DNA of 60,767 nt from Octopus bimaculoides (lineage: Eukaryota): positions 160,003,473 to 160,064,239 of the forward strand of contig NC_068981.1 in NCBI RefSeq assembly GCF_001194135.2, read 5' to 3'. Below the pieces are notes generated by a model, which worked only from the letters and a program-made list of their open reading frames with translations, ran no database searches and had not been told where the DNA came from. Numbering within the stretch: position 1 is the stretch's first letter; every line of letters starts with the position of its first letter. The position numbers and the translations under genes are program-made. Positions 1-12,689 of this stretch are shown one piece after another.

Positions 1-313
1 CCTTCGTGGGATTTTCGAGCGAGATCGTTGCCAGCGCCCCTGGACTGGCTCTTGTGCGGGTGACACATGAAATGCACCATTTTGAGCGTGGCCGTTGCCA
101 GTACCGCCTGACTGGCCTTCGTGCGGGTGACACGTAAAAGCACCCACTACACTCTCTGAGTGGTTGGTGTTAGGAAGGGCATCCAGCTGTAGAAACTCTG
201 CCAAATCAGATTGGAGCCTGGTGTAGCCATCTGGTTTCACCAGTCCTCAGTCAAATCGTCCAACCCATGCTAGCATGGAAAGCGAACGTTAAACGATGAT
301 GATGATGATGATG
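1..313 (+). mobile_element. Young RTE-tailed SINE/retroposon, 3' part with (GAT)n tail
   Basis: Ends ...catggaaagcgaacgttaaacgatgatgat; near-identical to copies at 16840, 38080 and 60437. Confidence 0.9.
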
Positions 314-1059
314 ATATATGTATATATATATACATTTATATATACATATATATATTTATGTGTGTGTGTGTGTGTGTATCAATATTTTGAAAAATCAAAA
401 AAGCACACTCTACCTTCAAATGTATTGAGTACTATTTTTGTTTTGCAGACATGTTAGCTCTATATCTAAGGATAACTACACTAATATGTGTATGTGTGTG
501 TGTTGCATGCATGTGTTGTGTGTGTGTATGTGTGTATGTGTGTGTGTGCATGTGTGTGTGTGTGTGCATGTGTGTGTGTGCATGTGTGCATGCCTCTGTT
601 CCTGCTTAATTATATAAATTATTTAATTGTTTTTCTTTTCAAAACACTTAACAATCTAGCATCAATAATAGGAATAACCAATCAGTTTATTGCATATGCA
701 AATAATGTCAATTTTGGTTAATTGTATAATATTCTTTTCAATTTTAGGTGAAAACTTGGCAAAATGTAGTTTAAAATTGAGCATCAATTTTATATGAATA
801 AAGAATACACTTACACACCCCCACCCCACGCATACACACAGTTGATTGCACTTAATTGCATTGGCTCATTGACTGAAATAAATTATCAATTCAATTAACC
901 AAATTATGGAATTAGCTGAAATTATTGTACAAAACAGTCAATAAATAATAAGATATCAATATAGTGTCAGCAGTAATGTATGTAATGCATTATGGCTGTT
1001 TTACATGCACATGGATCATGTAATTCTTCCTAATTTCAGCATAAAACCAGCAATGTTGA

Positions 1060-1215
1060 GGGGAAGAAGAAGGGGAATACAGTACATAAACCCCAGTACT
1101 TGACAGCTACTTTAATCTTTTTATCAATCCTGAAAGGATTAAAAGCAAAATCAACCTTGACAGAATGTAAAAAGCTGGAAAAAATGCCACTAAGCAGTTT
1201 TTCCAGCAAATGATT
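1060..1215 (-). mobile_element. Degraded tRNA-derived SINE (family with ccccagtact...gtcgac core)
   Basis: Similar to copies at 9560-9870, 28790-28980, 31780-31950 and 34650-34860. Confidence 0.7.
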
Positions 1216-1580
1216 CTACTAGCTTTCTACTTTGTGTGGACCTTATAGTATGACAAGAATGAAGTGTGTTCTTTTTGTTTTGTTATTGACAATATGCTTT
1301 GTGTAGAGATAATCTTTTTTTTTTTTCATTAATATGTATCAGGATGGCAATCGTTTGATTATTTCCTTTTGTTGCTATTCAATTCCCTTTGATATTCTTT
1401 CGTTACCTAAGCAGAAGCACGTTCAAATATATCAGCAACGACTGCCTCATTATTTCACTTGTTATTCTACAGATCAATGATTGTGTATGTACACATAATT
1501 TTCTACTGTTCTGCCCATCCAAGTTAACTTTACTATCTTTTTTATTGATACCTACAGACTGATCATTTGACTTGTCACAT

Positions 1581-1684
1581 ATGAGATTTTTCCAATTCCT
1601 TTCCATATTCTTCAATTACCCAAGCTTGGCCAGGTTGATACATCTCCACATTGACTTCTACATTGAATTGCTCAATAATAATAA
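1581..1684 (-). CDS. Candidate exon, unknown protein (IIIEQFNVEVNVEMYQPGQAWVIEEYGKELEKSH); 3' boundary uncertain
   Basis: Acceptor tcatag; only the phase-1 frame is open, matching the end phase of the 1897-1968 candidate; protein not recognised. Confidence 0.25.
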
Positions 1685-1896
1685 CTATGACCATGCAGGT
1701 TATGAAAAATTTAATTGAATCACAGTCTTACATATGTTGATAATAAAAATAACAAAGTGTCAAATCATTGCTTGATTTATAATTATTTTTTTATAAACCT
1801 TATCTGGAATGAAGATTTATTTGTTGAAGAAATTTATTACAGCACACAGACAAACATTCTCATTTTTATATATATATATAGATATATAAAACTTAC

Positions 1897-1968
1897 TTGT
1901 TAAAACAAATTTGGTGTGTTGTGTTCCATTACTTGATAAATGAAAAATGTATAAACAAACGATGTAAC
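1897..1968 (-). CDS. Candidate 72-nt internal exon (GYIVCLYIFHLSSNGTQHTKFVLT)
   Basis: Pyrimidine-rich acceptor tttatttttacattctgtatag and donor AA|GTAAGT; one open frame, phase 1 to 1. Confidence 0.4.
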
Positions 1969-2539
1969 CTATACAGAATGTAAAAATAAATGGGAGACAA
2001 ACAGAAGGTCCGTCATTCTTCATCAGTTATCCACCAAGTGGTACTGTTCTGTTTCACACCTTCAACGGTAAGATTGAGTGCTTCCCAATTGGTAGTGCTT
2101 GCAAAAAATTTTTTTCTTGCGAAGAATTAGGGACAAGAGCAAACAAAAAAACAAAAACAAAACAAGTAAAACGACACAGAGTGTGATTTAGGACAGTAGA
2201 CAAGGATGAACAGTCAAACAAAATATGGCCATGGGACCAAGGAGACAAGAATAGTGGGTAATGCTTAGAAAATGTCTTGAAGGATGGAGAATGGAGAGAC
2301 AGAGAATTTGTGACTGGTCAGCTAAGGAACCTGTGTAAGAAAGGAAGAGAAAGGAAGAAAAAGGAAAACTGACCGTTGGTCACGTGACAGCAGCGGGCAG
2401 AGGAGACAGACAATAGGGAGAGGGAGCGACAGAGAAAAAAAGGAAGGGGATGAAGGGGAGGGAGAAAGGCTAGGAAAAGAAGAGAGAGAGAGAGAAAAGG
2501 AGAAGTAGAAAGGCTAGGATAACATGATAGCATTCTGTA

Positions 2540-3130
2540 CATTATGATGATTAATTTTATTTTAGCAAATACAGAAATGCATCACATAAACAAATAGATG
2601 GAAATGGTAGAAATAATTTAGTAACCTTCCAGTACATCAAAATTCAGGAAGTGTCAGCTTTTAAAAACTGTTTGTACAATCTAAAATGATGTCAATAAAT
2701 TTTTCATATGCTACTGCATTTAAATTCACTGATCTTCTGTGCACATTGAATCACTTTCTAATCAAAGCACCATGTTGTAACATGATGCTTTGATTATTTG
2801 GATTATTTGAAAAGTATTTACTTACTAAATTATAAAAAAAAATCTTCCAAACATTGATGCACTTCAATGAAAAAAGGTTGAAAGACCATTTACATTAAAA
2901 TCATCACCTAGTTCATTGGAAATGTCTTAGAAAGTAAGAAGACTGGTTTCGCATGCAAGTTTTCCAAAATTCTAATTTCCTTTTGAAGGCTTGGGTTGAT
3001 AGCAAAAATGAAAAATTGTTATTTGCTTCCTTTGAAATAAAAGGCTAAATTCATTCATTTTGGAAAAAAAACATCAACTAAATAACCAAGTTTAATCAAT
3101 CACTTTTTGTTAATTGGTTTTTGAAATGGA
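2540..3130 (-). mobile_element. hAT (Charlie/ZBED5-like) transposase remnant
   Basis: Broken minus-strand translation gives AFKRKLEFWKTC...HQCLEDF...YEKFIDII...KLTLPEF, typical of the hAT C-terminal half. Confidence 0.7.
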
Positions 3131-3214
3131 AAGTATGTTACATAAGAAAACCTGCTAATTTGTCCTTTTATTCAAACAATCACACTAGTGCCATTCCTGA
3201 AGTCAAATATTGTA

Positions 3215-3570
3215 GGCACCAGGCATGGCTGTGTGGTAAGAAATTTGCTTCCCAACAACATGGTTCCAGGATCAGCCCCACAGCATGGCACCTTAAGCAA
3301 GTGTTTTCTACTATTACTTTGGGCCAATTAAAGCCTTGTGAGTGGATTTGATAGATGAAAACAGAAGGAAGCTCATAGTGTGTGTGTGTGTGTGTGTGTT
3401 TCCTTTCACTGCTTGACAACTGGTCTTGGTGTTTACTTTCCCATAACTTAAAGTTTTGCTAAAAGAGTTGATAGAATAAGAACCAGGCTTTAAAAAATTT
3501 AAGTACAGGGGTCAATTCATTCAGCAAAAAATTCTTCAAGGTGGTGTCGCAGCATAGCTGCAGTCTAATG
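3215..3570 (+). mobile_element. tRNA-derived SINE (ggctgtgtggtaag head) plus adjacent SINE fragment
   Basis: A/B-box-like head; similar to copies at 5545, 8320 and 48590. Confidence 0.75.
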
Positions 3571-3739
3571 ATTGAAACAAGTAAAAGATTTTCAGAATAC
3601 AGCAGAAGAATTTTGTGGTTACTTATCATTTCATCATAAAGGATATTGGAGAAAAAATATATGTTCAATGATATAAATTTGATTAAATTAATAATCTTTA
3701 CATCATCAGCAGCCAATGTCAGTATCATAATCTTCATAG

Positions 3740-4040
3740 ACTACATCTCTACAGCATAAGATGCATAGAAGGTGCTTGTAAAGACACGAACATGACATAC
3801 ATAGGGGAGACATCTAAGAGCATTGCAGAAAGACTAAATGAACATTTGAGACAATATAATGACAAAAAGCAGTCCCCCAGTCTCTACCAACATGCCAAGG
3901 ACCAACATGGAGGCAACCTGGGTCAACTTGACATCCACATTTTATCCAAGTACCCAAAGGACCCAATCCTCAAACAAATACAGGAGTACATCCTTATAAA
4001 TGAAACATCTCCAGTACTAAATAGGAAATATACGTATTAG
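3740..4040 (+). mobile_element. Penelope-like element GIY-YIG endonuclease fragment
   Basis: LYSIRCIEGAC..NMTYIGETSKSIAERLNEH...YQHAKDQH; the Y..C..C / YIGET / R..EH layout is that of PLE GIY-YIG domains. Confidence 0.8.
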
Positions 4041-4099
4041 ATAATCATACCCCCATACCCACAGTTTATATCTATATACAAGTAGAATAGTTAGTGGGC

Positions 4100-4114
4100 T
4101 GTTATGTAGTTGTA

Positions 4115-4150
<36 letters not shown>

Positions 4151-4640
4151 CACATGTATGTAGGCAAGTGGATATGAAAGTAAACAGATAGACACACAGA
4201 CGGATAGGTACGTAGGTAATATGAACAGACATGTGCACATATACACACATATGCAAATGAAGACTGAAACACATGACCACGCACTTCAGGCAAGAACACA
4301 TATGGAGACACACGTCCACACGTATGGAGATACACATCCATACATAGAGACACAGTACATAGTCACAAAACCCATACACACACACACACACTCAGACATG
4401 CACACACAAGGAGGTACACACACTCATGCAAACTCACACATTCACACATAAAAACACACAAACACACAAAAACATGAATATGCAGAATACATGCATACAA
4501 GCGCACACACATAATACATATATATATATGCACACACACACACATACATACATGCATACATCCATACATACATTCATACATACTCACATACATGTGTATG
4601 CGCACACACACTGACCCACACACATGCGCACAAACAAAAA
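4100..4640. repeat. Degenerate (CA)n/(TG)n low-complexity tract
   Basis: Imperfect dinucleotide repeats; explains the overlapping His/Thr and Cys/Val ORFs. Confidence 0.9.
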
Positions 4641-5544
4641 GAATACAGCTTGAATAACGGACAGAGTCAATAACTATTGAAAAGGTTGCAAAACACAATG
4701 AAAATTTTAGAAAAATAAATAAGTAAATGAGTGGAAATTTTACCGGTGAGTGTGTTAAATTATAAGGTACTAAAAGAGAATGACTCTCCCCAGACACAAC
4801 AAAACTTATTTTCCTTTCCCTTTATCAGCTAGATGAAGGATCTCAAAATCATGTCAGTACTTAACTAGTCCTATAGTACTATTTGATATTTTGTGGCATA
4901 ATACATGTAGGTTGTAATAGCCAATAAGGAAACCAGGTTAGCTAACACTGGGAGATTTGCCGTGAATTAACTTAAGCACAACTGAATGAACATTAAACCA
5001 CTAAATTTGAGATTTTTTTTTTTTTTTGAAACAACAATACACAATAAGGTGAATTATTTACAAGGGAAAGATATTCATCATAGTATTTGTGTTTTGTTAA
5101 GAACTTAATTTGGTTTCTTTGGACTAGAGTTAGTTGCTGTCTGCTTTGAAAGAATATTCTTTGAATTTGACAAAATAGTTTCAACTCTAGTGTGAATTTA
5201 TTTGTCACAAGTTGGAACCATTCTACAGTATTTTTCTTTTAAAGTCAACAATCCATCCTTGAAATTAAAAGAAAAATACTGAAAGAAAAAAAACTATATA
5301 GAAAACAATGCAATAAAATATTTTAAAACTGTAGAGTATTGGAGATGTTAAAATTAAAATTAATCATAAAAATTTATGTTGAGCTTTAAGTATTTTTTAA
5401 AATTAAGCAATAAATTTGAAAAATCATCAATTAAATTAACTTTTTAAACAATAAAATGGTTGATGTTGTAAATCAATAACTAAAATGATAAAATGCACGT
5501 TTGATAATATATTTGAAAAAATGATAACTTAAAAGTAAAATTGG

Positions 5545-5701
5545 AGGAAGTATGGCTGTATGATCATGAAGTTTGCTTCTTAATCATGTGGTTTTGGGGT
5601 TCAGTTTCACTGTGTGAAAGCTTAAGTATGAGCTTTCTGCTAAAACCCCAAGCCAGCTAAAGCCTTGTGGGCATATTTGATCATCTCAAACTGAAAAATG
5701 A

Positions 5702-5737
<36 letters not shown>

Positions 5738-5930
5738 ATGAAAATGTGCATGTGTTTGGGTCACCTTGTCTTGACATCATGTGATTATTGTAAAAGTGTA
5801 TAAGACACCATTCGAGTGCTGTCATTTGTTTTCAATCTTCTTTGAAAACATGTCCAGTTCACAGGGAAATTACCTTGCTTAGAATCAGGTGAAGCTTGGC
5901 AGCAGGAAGAGCATCTGCTTATAGGAAATC
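5545..5930 (+). mobile_element. tRNA-derived SINE with internal (TG)n
   Basis: Same head as the 3215 and 8320 copies. Confidence 0.7.
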
Positions 5931-5939
5931 TACCTCAGC

Positions 5940-7440
5940 ACAATGTCAATTGCACATATGACAAAGAGCAATTGTGTTGTAAGAAAAATTGGGCATAAAA
6001 CGCCTCAGATGAAGTATACTAGAAGGATGGTCATGTAAAGTGTATGGACAAGGACAGTTGTATAAAGATGTGCTTATCACTAAATAGGTGAAATCAGGGT
6101 TCCAGGAAAACATAGGACAAAGTTGTGAAGACCAACTTCCAAATGTTGAGCATCACAGATGAGATACAAAGGACCAAGATGGTTGGTGATTTTCCATGCT
6201 TGAGAGGACCCATCCATGTCACTAGAAATGAGGTCCTAAAAGCATATCATTAATGTCTATGCTTCTACACCGAATTTGAACTTGTTATGCCTTCCTCACA
6301 ACTCATCTCCATAAAACACATCTCATCTATTCTTCACCTTTCCACCTTTCTAACTATGGCACGATTTCTTCAGTGGCTAAAATTATATGAGAGCAAAACT
6401 GCACATATTCCATTCTTCTTTTGTGGTACCAGTTATCCCTCTCCTCAGAACCATTTCTATTGCTGCCTGTCCTGTACTCCCAACATCATCCCTTACCGCT
6501 TTATTTCTATTGAGTACTTTTCTTCCAAACACCTCATATCTGCCATTGATACCATCACTCTTTTTATGTCATTCACTTTATCCACTCCTATATACCTCTG
6601 ACCTCTATCTCCCCATCCTTCATACCATCTCCCTATTTTCCATCTATCTATAATTTTCTTGTATTGTTGTTTTTCACTTGGTCCCCATTTTAATGTATTA
6701 CCACCTGTCATCTCCTCCTCCCTAAACCACTCCTATTTTTCTTACGATCCTCTAAATTGAGATTCACAACTGTCCATGCCTCTGCCCATGTTCACTATTC
6801 AATACATTCGCTTCTTTCCTCATATGTACTGCCTGTCTCTCTCTTTCACACTTTCACTAACCTACCCATTCAGCCATCCTCAACTCTCTGTCCCTATTTC
6901 CTCTTTATCCACTTTCTTGGACCTTGAGGATACCACATGAAAACTTATCACCACCATCCTTTCTCCCTTTCCTTCTGGAGTGGCCATGTATCTCCTCTAC
7001 AACAAGACACTTATTCTTGTACCTCTATCATACTTTAACCTCTCAATATCTCTCAACACAAGGCCATTTCCCTCAATATTGCAAGCCCATTCAGTCAAAG
7101 GATCTTGTCTTGTGAATTAATAAGTAACTTCACTTGTGCTAGTGCCATGAAGAAGTGCCTAGTGTACTCTGTAAAATAGTTAACCTTGAGAAGGGCATCC
7201 AGTCATAGAAACCATGCCAAAGTAAACATTAGAGTTCAATGCATTCCTCTGCCTTATCAGATACTGCTGAACCACTCAACCCATACAAGCATAGAATATG
7301 GACATTATATGATGACGACGACGACGATGACGACGACGACAATGACGATGATGATGATGATGATGACAACAATGGTGACGATAATGATAACAATGACAAC
7401 AATTATGATAGCAACAATGATGATAATGATAATGATTTTT
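5940..7440 (+). mobile_element. RTE LINE 3' end: RT C-terminus, pyrimidine-rich 3' UTR, terminal segment and (GAT/GAC)n tail
   Basis: 5940-6290 resembles 41150-41480; 7135-7310 is homologous to the SINE 3' end (gaagggcatccag); microsatellite tail follows. Confidence 0.7.
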
Positions 7441-7824
7441 GAACTTTGAGGAATTGATACAAAACGATGAGAATGAGTAATGAGGATGGAATGAATGGCA
7501 TATATACTAACAAAAGTTCTGGCTTATCACATTCTCCTTCTCTTCATCATTGATGCACTCATATCTTTTCACACCCATTCAATTGGCAAAAATATTTCAG
7601 TTAAAGTTCCACAAGATCACTACATATATATCTGGTCAGCAATGTCAAAATTAAAGCTACATGTTCTATATGTCCAAGCAAACTAAGAATTTTAATTTAA
7701 TGATATATCAGTTTTAAAATCTCCCTCAGCCTGTACATTTTTAAACACAGAAATGACTCGTCTCTCTTCTACCTTTCTGCCTCTTTCTCTCTCTCTCTCT
7801 CTCTCATATATATGTATATATACG

Positions 7825-7893
<69 letters not shown>

Positions 7894-8319
7894 ACACACA
7901 CAATCAAATCATTTACTTATACATATATAAGTATATAAGCAAATATCAACAGAAAATACTTTCTTCAATTATCTAAATTGAAAACATTATTTTTAAAGTA
8001 ATAGACATTTTGGTTTAAATATATGTTTTATGAAACATCAATGTTTGCCTCAATAATTAAAATGAAAATTTTGTTTTATATATCAATCTGTAAAGTATCA
8101 GTATTATTTAAATTTTGTCTTTTCATCTAATCATAAGATATTGATTTCTAACATTAGCATCAGACCACAGATTTTCAAGGAGAGTAAAATATTAAAATAA
8201 TCTTTAACACTTTTAATTTACTATCAGCAAAACAGTGAAAACATCTTTTTTTTATTCCCTATAGCTAAACCACAGTAGTTTTTCACAACCACTGGCATGT
8301 ATATGTTCTTTTATGATGC

Positions 8320-8480
8320 CGGTTTGGCTGTATGGTTAAGAAGCTTGCTTTGCAACCACATTGTTTGGGATTTAGTTCCATCATGCAGCACCTTGAGCAA
8401 GGGCCTTCTACTATAGCCCTGGGCCTAAAGCTACTTTGTGAGTGAATGTGATAGACAGAAACTCTATGGAAGCCCAGTGT
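8320..8480 (+). mobile_element. tRNA-derived SINE
   Basis: ggctgtatggttaagaagcttgc head and ctactatagcc core, as in other copies. Confidence 0.7.
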
Positions 8481-8485
8481 GTATA

Positions 8486-8900
8486 TACAGAGTGTTCAGG
8501 CTAAATTTGATGTTTTTTTGTATCTCCTTTTTTTTTAGGAACAGCTTGATTATTGGCATTGAAGAGCATAATGATTAAAGTTATGGTTGAGAAAAGGTTA
8601 GCTGACATGGAGGACTAGAAGCCATCTGAATATTGGAAAAGAGTTACTTGTACCATGATGATTTGCACCAGCAATCAAAGTGTTGAAATCATGACAGCTG
8701 CTCAATGCTCTGACAACATTGTAAGCACTGTAAAGTGTGACACGGACTTCATGAAAACCCAGTTCCCTCAGTCTGTGATAGTCACCAGATGTGTCTCCAA
8801 GGACGGTAATGTCATGCTGTTCCACATCATTGAACAGGGCCCTAGGCTCAATTCAGCCAGCTTTGTGAATCTGCTAGAGACTGTGGTCAAACCCTGACTA
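8486..8900 (+). mobile_element. Tc1/mariner (maT-like) transposase remnant
   Basis: tacagagtg TIR-like start; MKTQFPQSVIV..VSKDGNVM....GPRLNSASFVNLLETVVKP is homologous to the transposase at 18.5 kb. Confidence 0.7.
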
Positions 8901-9904
8901 GACTGATGGTAGATTAGATTGATCATTTATCACTACCACCTTTAGCCGAGTCTGCTCAGTTGCTAGCATTCAGGCCAGGTCACCGATTTAAGGATACCAG
9001 CCCATCTTTCAGTCACTAGTCTCAAAGAGGCCTTGTGAAAGGTTATGAACAGTGTTTTTCCTTCTGACTAAAAGATAAATCAAAAATACATTCTTTGATT
9101 ATATGTCTACTCATTCAGGGCTACCCTGAAGCTAAACAACAACCTGAATTTCCCAAGCTGAAAACCAGTATTATGCATTTTAAGAAATATTATATATTCT
9201 AAATTAATGGAAGATGAGATTTTTTTAAGCTAAATATTATATGAAATTGAGCTAAGCATCAAACCTGCAGAAAAAGTAATTTTTTAACATCTCAGAACAA
9301 ACATACACATATCTATTTTATAAACTGATCACTAATGTAAATTTAAGCTATTAGCATAACTAGTCTTTTATCACTACAGTAAATATTGTCAATATTTGTA
9401 AATTACTAAATAAATATTTTGACATTTGAATTTTGAGTTATATATAATTTGCGATAAATAAATAAGAATGCTTTTGATTAACTAGAACAAGGATGAAGGC
9501 AATATCCATGATTTTTTTTTAAAAGATCTCTTAGACTAGTGAAATTGATGGAATTGATGTTCCTTTTAAACTTTTGTAGGTTGGCAGAGGTTAGCAACAA
9601 GTCAACAATGGAACTTCTCTGTAATCATTCGACCTGCAGTAAATATCACTCAAATATCCTTTGGATTAGATCCTAATCTTTTATCTTTTTCTGTTTTACT
9701 TGTTTCAGTCATTAGACTGTGGCCATGCTGGGGCATCACCTTGAAGAATTTTTAGTCAAATGAATCGACCCCAGTACTTAATTTCTTTTTTGCTAAGCCT
9801 AGTACTTATTCTATCAGTCTCTTTTGCTGAACTGCTAAGTAACAGGGATGTAAACACACCAACAACGGTTGTCAAGCAGTGGTGAAGAGGACACAATGAC
9901 ACAA

Positions 9905-9954
<50 letters not shown>

Positions 9955-9971
9955 ATGTGTGTATATATATA

Positions 9972-10240
9972 TACAAGATGGTATTAAAAGTTCCCAGACT
10001 ATTTCTGTAGTGCACCATTAGTGGCAGCACATGGTTGTGTGTGCAGTGAGAGCTGGCAGTGACCTTCGTGAGGCAGTGTGCCAAGTGATATTGCTGTGTT
10101 TGTTTTATGAGTTGTGAAATTTGAGATTTTGTGATCATGTGTATGCTGTAGTATGCAATTTTGTCATGGCAAAAAACCAACAAGAAATTTTGTGTTAAAC
10201 ATGGGAAGTCTGCTACAAAGGCATTGAGCATGCTTCTTAA
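9972..10240 (+). mobile_element. mariner 5' end remnant
   Basis: TIR-like tacaagatggtattaaaagttcccagact followed by a KFCVKHGKSAT-like HTH start. Confidence 0.65.
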
Positions 10241-10596
10241 TTTCACCTCAAATCGTTTATTTGTGTGTATATATCTTTGTTTTTATTAAAAAAAAACATT
10301 ACTTTTATACCTAGTGTGCATTTTCTTTGTTTTTTTTACTTTTCCTCGATATGTGTGTGCACGTGCGCACAGTTGTGTGTGTGTGTGCGCATGCATACAT
10401 GCGTGTGTGTCTAAGTTTAGAGGGATGTATTATCTGAGCAGACACCATGGTAGCTCTGTTATGTTCCAGGTTATGACTTACCACATTGATTAGTATTTAA
10501 CATCTATGACTACTAGAAACTGTCACTCATGCTGTAAATTCCTCCGATGGGTGATTCTGCTTTACTGAATAGTGAGATTATCTGGAGTGTATATTA

Positions 10597-11063
10597 GCAA
10601 TAATTATAACGATAGAGAATATGGAGACTGGTACATCCTCAAAATTTATTTCCTTCTATTTTACAATGTCATACAGCATATTTTTATGGTTATGGTGCCC
10701 TACATGTGTTTCCACTGCGCAGCGTATGGACAGTTGCATATGTAACCAGGCATAATTTTCTGTACAGCTTCATACAGGGTCTTTCAACCAGCTTGGCTTG
10801 AAGCAAACTGAATTCAGTAAGTTGTTTATTGATTAGAATTCAGTGAGTAAGTGAGGGGATATTATTTTGAATCTGAAATCTGATCTGTTCATAAACTTAT
10901 GTGGTTGATCTTGGTTTCACATCAATTGTTGTCCATACTCTGAGCAATGGAAATACATGTACGTCTTCGTAACCATAAAAATATGCTGTATGACATTGTA
11001 ACATAAAAGGAAATAAATTTTGAGACTACCAGTCTCCATATTCTCTATCATTATAATTATTGC
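10597..11063. mobile_element. Fold-back/MITE-like element with at least 150-bp inverted arms
   Basis: gcaataattataacgatagagaatatggagactggta... is the reverse complement of ...taccagtctccatattctctatcattataattattgc. Confidence 0.8.
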
Positions 11064-11131
11064 TTTTATATATANNNNNNNNNNNNNNNNNNNNNNNNNN
11101 NNNNNNNNNNNNNNNNNNNNNNNNNNNNNNN

Positions 11132-11164
<33 letters not shown>

Positions 11165-11168
11165 TATA

Positions 11169-11478
11169 TATAGGGTGCAATGAGTAAATCTTCGCCATTT
11201 TATATTTTTAATTTCATGCATGCGCATTGTTTGTTTTTGATTATGTTGACTACACAGTATAGTAGGGTCAGTTGGGCACAATCTGGAGAAAAAAACAGAA
11301 CCATGACACGCCTGGAGGCCATGGTTGAAGCCAATGACGATTTTATTGAGTAAATTAACTCTTTAGTATTTCAAGATATTTTTATATAATTTTGGTTTAT
11401 ATAAATCTGTTAAAATGAGATGTCAGTGTTATTTTCATTTTTGCATAATTTAGACAACATTTTATTCACTGCACCCTG

Positions 11479-11480
<2 letters not shown>
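11169..11480 (+). mobile_element. Non-autonomous Tc1/mariner deletion derivative (MITE)
   Basis: TA-flanked TIRs (tagggtgcaa / gcaccctgta); both ends match the 18277-19148 element. Confidence 0.85.
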
Positions 11481-11516
<36 letters not shown>

Positions 11517-12689
11517 GATAGATAGACAGATAGATATGTATGTATATATCTATCTATCTANNNNNNNNNNTATCTATATATAGATATATATATGGGGGGG
11601 GGGGATTTACTTTTCATAATGAGATAAAAAAAAAACCAAGGCTGTGTATAATATAGAACATTTCTAAATAGAAGGTCTTACAGCTGTTTTCAGGATATTT
11701 ATTTTATCCCTTCATCAGAAACAGTGTGAGAGGATGGTTAAGCAATAGTTAGTTAGTTAGTAGTAGTAGTAGTAGAAGAGATGGCATGTCTGAAATAATG
11801 GGCAAAGCACATTAGTATATGAGTTCTTTTCAATTAGCCGAATAGTTAAAGTGTGTAGTAATGGAATGTCTCAGATATGTGAATTGTACTGCAGTAGAGT
11901 GAGATTTATTTAAGGTTTAAAGAGAGAGTTAGTGACTGATCTGAAGTGAAGTGCAACCAGCCATCACTCATGAATGAGTATGGCTTGATGATATGTACCA
12001 GGCTTACACTAATTGTTTTTGGTAATTATGGAGCCATGAGTAGACATACACACCCTCTTGGTCCCCTCATGTTTGACCCAGAGGAATATTTGGAGGAGGA
12101 GAGAGCTGCACCAGTATTTGGCTGATACTTATTACAGCTGAGTAGACTGGAACAACATGAAATGAAGTACCTTGCTCAAGGACAACCTGCCTCTCAGTTC
12201 AGAAATTGAACCTATGGACTTACAGCTATGAGCTGAACATCCTAACCAGTAGGCTGTGTACCTTCACAACTGGTCAGAACTGAAATATTTTCTGGCCACA
12301 AAGAAAAATCTTATTCTTTAGGATGAAGATTTGGCAATACTGTATCAATATAAAGGCCATGCTATACAAACGATGACATTGAAATAAATATACAAAGTAA
12401 AGGTTAGAAATCAACATTTCATTTGTGTGAGCAATAATATTTGTAAAAACATTTTAATTAAAACATTTAGGTGAAATTTATTTTATATAAAATAACTATT
12501 TCATTGAAAAGACTGATAAATTTGAAAAGGTCAAATTGTTGAAACCAACAGCTTTAAATCAAAAGTCATGAAAAGACATAATTTCCCCTTCCTTTTCTTG
12601 TTTGCAATGAAAAATGTTGGAGATAAACAAGAATTCTCATCATAATGTTTATTTCACTTATGTTATGTAAAAGATTTTAATTTTTAAAC

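Noticed and set aside
1343-1484. Plus-strand exon with good splice sites
   Set aside because: All three frames hit a stop before the donor.
2600-2700. Host exon LYKQFLKADTS
   Set aside because: Lies within the hAT transposase remnant.
4017-4797. Overlapping Cys/Val and His/Thr ORFs (also at 488, 7692, 19061, 34814 and 47124)
   Set aside because: Translations of (CA)n/(TG)n repeats.
5000-5260. Minus-strand exon after a strong acceptor
   Set aside because: Stops in all frames from that acceptor; the longer open frame lacks a good acceptor.
9140-9266. Exon with a single TAG, and the idea that A-to-I editing repairs such stops
   Set aside because: One stop in about 40 codons is expected by chance in AT-rich DNA; no evidence for editing.
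10482-10503. 22-nt exon that would link the phases of other candidates
   Set aside because: Weak acceptor; phase fit has about a one-in-three chance.
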